A program made the translations under genes and the position numbers. Below the pieces are notes generated by a model, which saw nothing but the letters and a program-made list of their open reading frames with translations, was not told the DNA's origin and searched no databases. DNA of 64,000 nt from Takakia lepidozioides (lineage: Eukaryota > Plantae > Bryophyta). Positions 59,201-64,000 of this stretch are shown piece after piece. Positions within the stretch are counted from its first letter, which is position 1; each line of letters opens with the position of its first letter. The stretch covers positions 79,484,001 through 79,548,000 of the forward strand of contig CM060732.1 in assembly GCA_030704615.1 (NCBI GenBank), read 5' to 3'.

Positions 59201-62200
59201 TTGGTGCGGTACTCTCTCAATACAGTAAAGATGTCCGACTTCACCCTGTTGGTTTTCGTTCTCGTAAATTTTCCGTTGCGGAGATCAATTATGAAATCCA
59301 TGACAAAGAACTTCTAGCAATTATTGATGTTTTTGAGGAGTGGCGTCATCTATTGGAAGGAGCTAAACATCAGGTCACAGTCTATACCGATCACAAAAAC
59401 CTCGAGTATTTTATGAGTGCTCGTGTTTTGAATCGACGTCAAGCGAGATGGAGTATGTCATTAGCAAGGTTTGATTTTGTTATTACTTACCGTGCCGGAC
59501 ATCTTCAAGGAAAACCAGATGCTCTTCTACGACGATCGTATCTTGCGCCAAAAGAAGGGGATGCAGCTTTTGACCAACAGAAATCCATCATCTTGAAACC
59601 AGCAAATCTCCAAGTGAATATGCTATCCATGTCCACCTATGACGATGTAGAAATCATAAAAGAGATTCAGGAAGCACTGATAAACGACCAATTTGCTACG
59701 ACACTATGAAGTCAACTAAATCGACCTCGAGACAACCCACATGTTACAAACGACTTCGAATTCAAATATGGCTTACTTTATTTCAAGGGACTTCTCTATG
59801 TACCTCCAGGACCTACACGACTTCGAATTCTTCAAACATGTCATGATCTTCCGGCTGTAGGACATTTCGGCTTCAACAAAACAATGGAATTGATATCCAG
59901 GGACTACTGGTGGCCGCAGATGTGGAAACTCGTGAAAGAATTTATAAAATCTTGCGACACGTGTGCTAGAGCGAAGGGGCCACGACATCGACCTTACGGC
60001 CTTCTTCAACCATTACCCATTCCCAAGGGTCCATGGTCGTCCGTGTCTATGGACTTTATTACGGACCTTCCAATTTCCAAGACCACTGATTCAATCCTTG
60101 TTATTGTAGATCGTTTCACGAAGATGACACATTTCATTCCATGTAATAAGACGGTTACTGGCGAGGAAACTGCAAGACTCTTCCTCAATAATATCTACCA
60201 CATTCATGGACTCCCGAAAGTACATCATATCTGATCGAGGACCACAATTCATATCAAATTTCTGGAGGGGATTATTTCATATATTGGATACTAAGATCAA
60301 CCTCTCTACAGCTAATCATCCATAGACTGATGGTCAAACCGAATGTGTAAACCAGATTTTGGAGCAGTATCTTCGTTGTACAATAAATTATCACCAAGAT
60401 AATTGGACGGACGTTCTGTCATTGGCTGAGTTCGCCTACAACAACACTATACATTCTTCGACCAATCAAACTCCATTTTTCTCTAATTATGGTCATCATC
60501 CTCGAGCAAACCCTTTCCACATGAAGACTGTTGGAAGCTCTGCTGCACAAAACCTTGCTGCTCATCTCGCTACGATTCACAAGGAGCTTATATTCCACCT
60601 CGCAAAAGCTCAAAAACAATACAATGAGTACTCAGATCAACATCGCCAACTCCAACCCCAGTTCAAGGTCGAAAATCGTGTGTGGCTTCTTCGACGGGAC
60701 ATACAAACCTCGCGACCATCAACGAAGTTGGATTATCAACGCCTGGGACCATTCAAAATTATTCTACAAATAACTCCGGTCAGTTTTCGGCTTGAACTCC
60801 CACGAAGTATGCGTATCCATCCAGTCTTTCATGTTTCATTATTGAAGTTGTATCATCCATCGAATATTCCAGGGAAAGTCTCCGTACCACCTCCACCAAT
60901 CGAAGTCAAATCAGGAAATTGAGTATGAAGTCGACGAAGTCTTAGACTCTCGCAACAAGTATAAACGTCTTGAGTATTTCGTACATTGAAAAGACTACAA
61001 CATCAGCAAACGAACGTGAGAACCTTCATCCAACCTCGCCAATGCATCTGACAAAGTCCAAGAGTTTCATCAACGATATCCAGTTAAGCCCCGAGCTACA
61101 CGTCAATAAGACGTCACAATGATGATGTCAGCCAAGTTAGCTTCAAGGTGAAGACTCCACATTCAATGTACTTGATACACGCTAAGGAAGGAGGAACACC
61201 ACACATCAGTATATATAGCTACACTTCCAGCACTCTTGCATCTTGTATTGGCAGTATAGAGTCACAGGAACCAGATACATTGGAGTTGTCGCTTACCCAG
61301 CTACCAGATCAGCTGTTCTAACTCTCACGACCTTCAACATCACACCGACGCTCTCGAGACGATGGGCCACCAATGCGACGCGTACTTCCTCGTCTGGACC
61401 CCGTACGACGGCAAGTGGAGCCTACTCGAAGTCTGATAATTCTGTTGGAGATTGAGGTTTCGGACGCAGAGGGCAACGAAATCATGTTTGAAGGCAGCTT
61501 CGAGAATCAGAATGCTCAAATCACTGCGTGGTCCCAAGTTCAAGATGTTGGACACTATCGATGGTTGCAGGGACCTATAAATCATTTGAGTCAAGAACGA
61601 AGAGGCGAATACTTGGCAAGTACCATTCGCCGGATTTTGGTTTTTCTCCAACTCTAAGCAAGTCCAAGATTTTACCGCTCCTCGAGGAACTCCGCGCTAG
61701 AGGAGGGGGTGATGTCACGGACATAGCCCAGATGAACTTACAAGGAGTAAATACCAGAAATTACCAACTTATCATGTTACCAAAAGTTACCATAACTTAC
61801 TGTGATTTACCATGATTTACCGTTACTTACCAAGTTGCCGGGAGTTTACTAAATAACCAAGAGTAACTTGGGAAACTGCTCATGAAGCTTCCTCTGGAGG
61901 AAACTTCTCCATCAAGATACCTCCTTTGTTTAAGGAAGCTTCTCCATCAAGAAACCTTTGTTTAATCTTGGAAACTTCTCCAGCAAGAAACCTCCATAGG
62001 GGAAGCTTCTTAGGAAAGCTTCTTAGTAGCCAGTATATATAGGAGGCGAGACTTGACACTTTTTAGTCTCGCCAACACCAATTCAAGCTACTCTTGTTTC
62101 CAATTCCCAGTACTCCAGTCCAGTTCCCAATACTCTAGCCCAGTTTCCAGTATTTGGTACTCCAGTCCAGTTTCCAGCATTCCAGTATTCAAGTCATGTT

Positions 62201-62354
62201 CCAATATCTTATACTCTTGTTCATTGTTATAAAGATCGTCTTGATTCCTATTTACTCATCGTAAATACGGCCACGCCGACCTTGACTTCTTGTCTAGTCT
62301 TGTACCTCTAGTCTGATTTCTTGTTTGTGTTCAGTCATGTTCTCGTCCTTGACA
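56223..62354 (+). mobile_element. Ty3/gypsy chromovirus (Tcn1-like), decayed; LTRs 56223-~56850 and 61713-62354
   Basis: Both LTRs begin TGTCACGGACATAGCCCA; the 3' LTR ends TGACA; PPT AGAGGAGGGGGTGA; TSD GAGGA/GATGA (1 mismatch). Motifs CLYCGEDDHIALNC, LDSGAS, VDYRGLN, YLDDI, RNase H, integrase, chromodomain EYEVDEVLDSR..EYFVH. Confidence 0.93.
57807..58195. mobile_element. PIF/Harbinger (Tourist-like) MITE inside chromovirus pol
   Basis: 26-bp TIR AGGCAGGTTYACACGGCAAAAATCCG, 3-bp TSD TCA; removal restores [12 protein letters not shown]. Confidence 0.9.
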
Positions 62355-64000
62355 GATGATAGAAGTCTGAAAAAGGTGGCAGGGCGAAGCTGGATATAGA
62401 TCACACCACAAACAGGGGAGATCTTTCCAATCTTGAAACATTGCGGAAGGGGATGAAAGAGAGGATACGCTTCTGACACATTTTGTGTTGCGTACTCTGG
62501 ATTAAGTGCAGAAAATGGTAGTCTGTATATGTGGAGTCCTCGCATGGACCTTGTCTCTGATGGTAAAAAAAAATACAAGACCTATGCAGGTTGCAGCCTG
62601 AAGACAAGGCTTTTGGATCGCCAATTTTTACTCAGGCGAGGAGAAGCTGTGGAATGAATACTTTTCTGACCCCTGTTAATGGTGGGACAATCGAGGCAAA
62701 AAAGTAAATGCATGTTGGATAACAGAGAGTAGCAGATGCAATTGAGCATAAGAACTAGTATGATAAGTTGAGTTGGGTATTTCCTAGAACAAATCTAGGC
62801 TGTCATTGTTGGCTGCTAGCAGCAAAACAATGATGTATGCATGAGTGGTTGAGCAAAGGGAGTCTTTGACAATGTGGCTGAATGAAATGTGGTGTCGTGG
62901 AATGCGATGATCGTAGGATATGCCCAGCATGGTTGTCAAGGTCCTGCAACTATTTGAAGGAATGCGAAAGAACGGCTTGAAGCCGGACAGTATCACCTTT
63001 ATATGTGTTCTTTCTGCATGCAGCCACACTGGCCTACTGAAATCCAGATGTTGTGGTGTGGGAGGCCTTGCTTGGTGCCTGCAGAATCCATGGCAATGTG
63101 GAGATGACGCGACTTATGTGTTGCTATCAAACATCTATGCCGCAGCTGGCAGGTGGGATGATATTGCAAAGGTGAGAAGAATGATCACGGTCAGAGGGGT
63201 TAGAAAGGAATCAGGAGCCAGGTCGCTGCTGCATTGAGATTGGCAACAGGGTGCACACCTTCATGTAGATGACAAGTTGCATCCCAGAATTAAGGAAATC
63301 CATGCTGAGCTGAGAAGATTGTCTGGGTGGAATGACTTTGACAAATAACTGCCAATGTGGCAGCAAGAAAGTATCCAAAAACAGATAACAGTGTTCAACA
63401 ATGTGGCTGAATGAATTGTGGTGCCGTGGAACGCCATGCTTATGCACAACATGGGTGCGGGATGGAGGCTTTGGAGACCTATGAGTAAATGATGGTGGAA
63501 GGGGTGAAGCCCGACCATATCACGTCTGTGCGTTTGCAAGCCTGGCAGCCCTGGAAAAGGGCAAAGAGGTGCATGGTTGCATCGCGAAAGCAGGAATTGT
63601 ACCAGATGTGATTTTGAACAATACCCTCGTGGACATGTATGCCAAATGTAGGAGGCATTTCAGCATATTCAGATACGTTTGTCTGTCTTTTGCTTAAGTG
63701 CATCAAGATGAAAGGTCTCGAAGCTGGAAAGCAGGTGCACAATCACATTATCCAAAGTGGATTCACGCCAAGTGTTTTTCTCCTCAGCACCCTTGTCAAC
63801 ATGTCAAACCTGGGAACTCTGGAAAAGGGGAAAGAGGTCCATGGTGACATCGTCAAAGCTAGAATTGTACCAGATGTCATTCTGAACACTGCCCTGGTGG
63901 ACATGTATGCCAAATATGGGTGCATTAAGGATGCGAAGGGAGTTCTCAACACTATGGCTGAACGAGATGTGGTGTCATGGAAGACAATGCTTGCAGGGTA
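62355..64000 (+). pseudogene. PPR gene remnants (E-domain continuation and further PLS repeats)
   Basis: DRSLKKVAGRSWI resumes the E motif after the LTR; KPDSITFICVLSACSH, YVLLSNIYAAAGRWD, TALVDMYAKYG; fragmented. Confidence 0.85.

Overview
Repeat-rich eukaryotic DNA from a non-seed land plant, most likely a bryophyte (inferred from an AGCVIII kinase, PLS/E-class PPR remnants, B3 and BPS1 remnants and a Tcn1-like chromovirus). Bases 1-~30.3 kb are a decayed Ty3/gypsy LTR retrotransposon whose pol carries a C5-cytosine DNA methyltransferase between protease and RT, and a PHD finger after the integrase. Two related Mutator-like DNA transposons with no long TIRs and 10-bp TSDs are nested in it. 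Element A (2972-14241) encodes a GCM-like Zn finger/DDE/SWIM transposase and, divergently, an intron-containing cargo gene fusing a ParB/Srx-like domain (VWDGNHR) to a beta-class N4C/N6A DNA-methyltransferase-like domain. Two introns of that gene hold spaced copies of a 22-bp palindrome. Element B (16738-25907) is a deleted relative with a ~5.7-kb array of ~50 palindromes that share the CGT-NN-ACG core and ~115-bp spacing but have different arms. Together these suggest a transposon-encoded, ParB/parS-like, sequence-targeted DNA modification or anti-silencing system (hypothesis). The remainder holds duplicated gene fragments (B3, BPS1-like), a COMT-like pseudogene, one intact AGC kinase gene, several MITEs (hAT, Mutator, Tourist, piggyBac-like), SINE-like copies, and PPR pseudogenes interrupted by a chromovirus.
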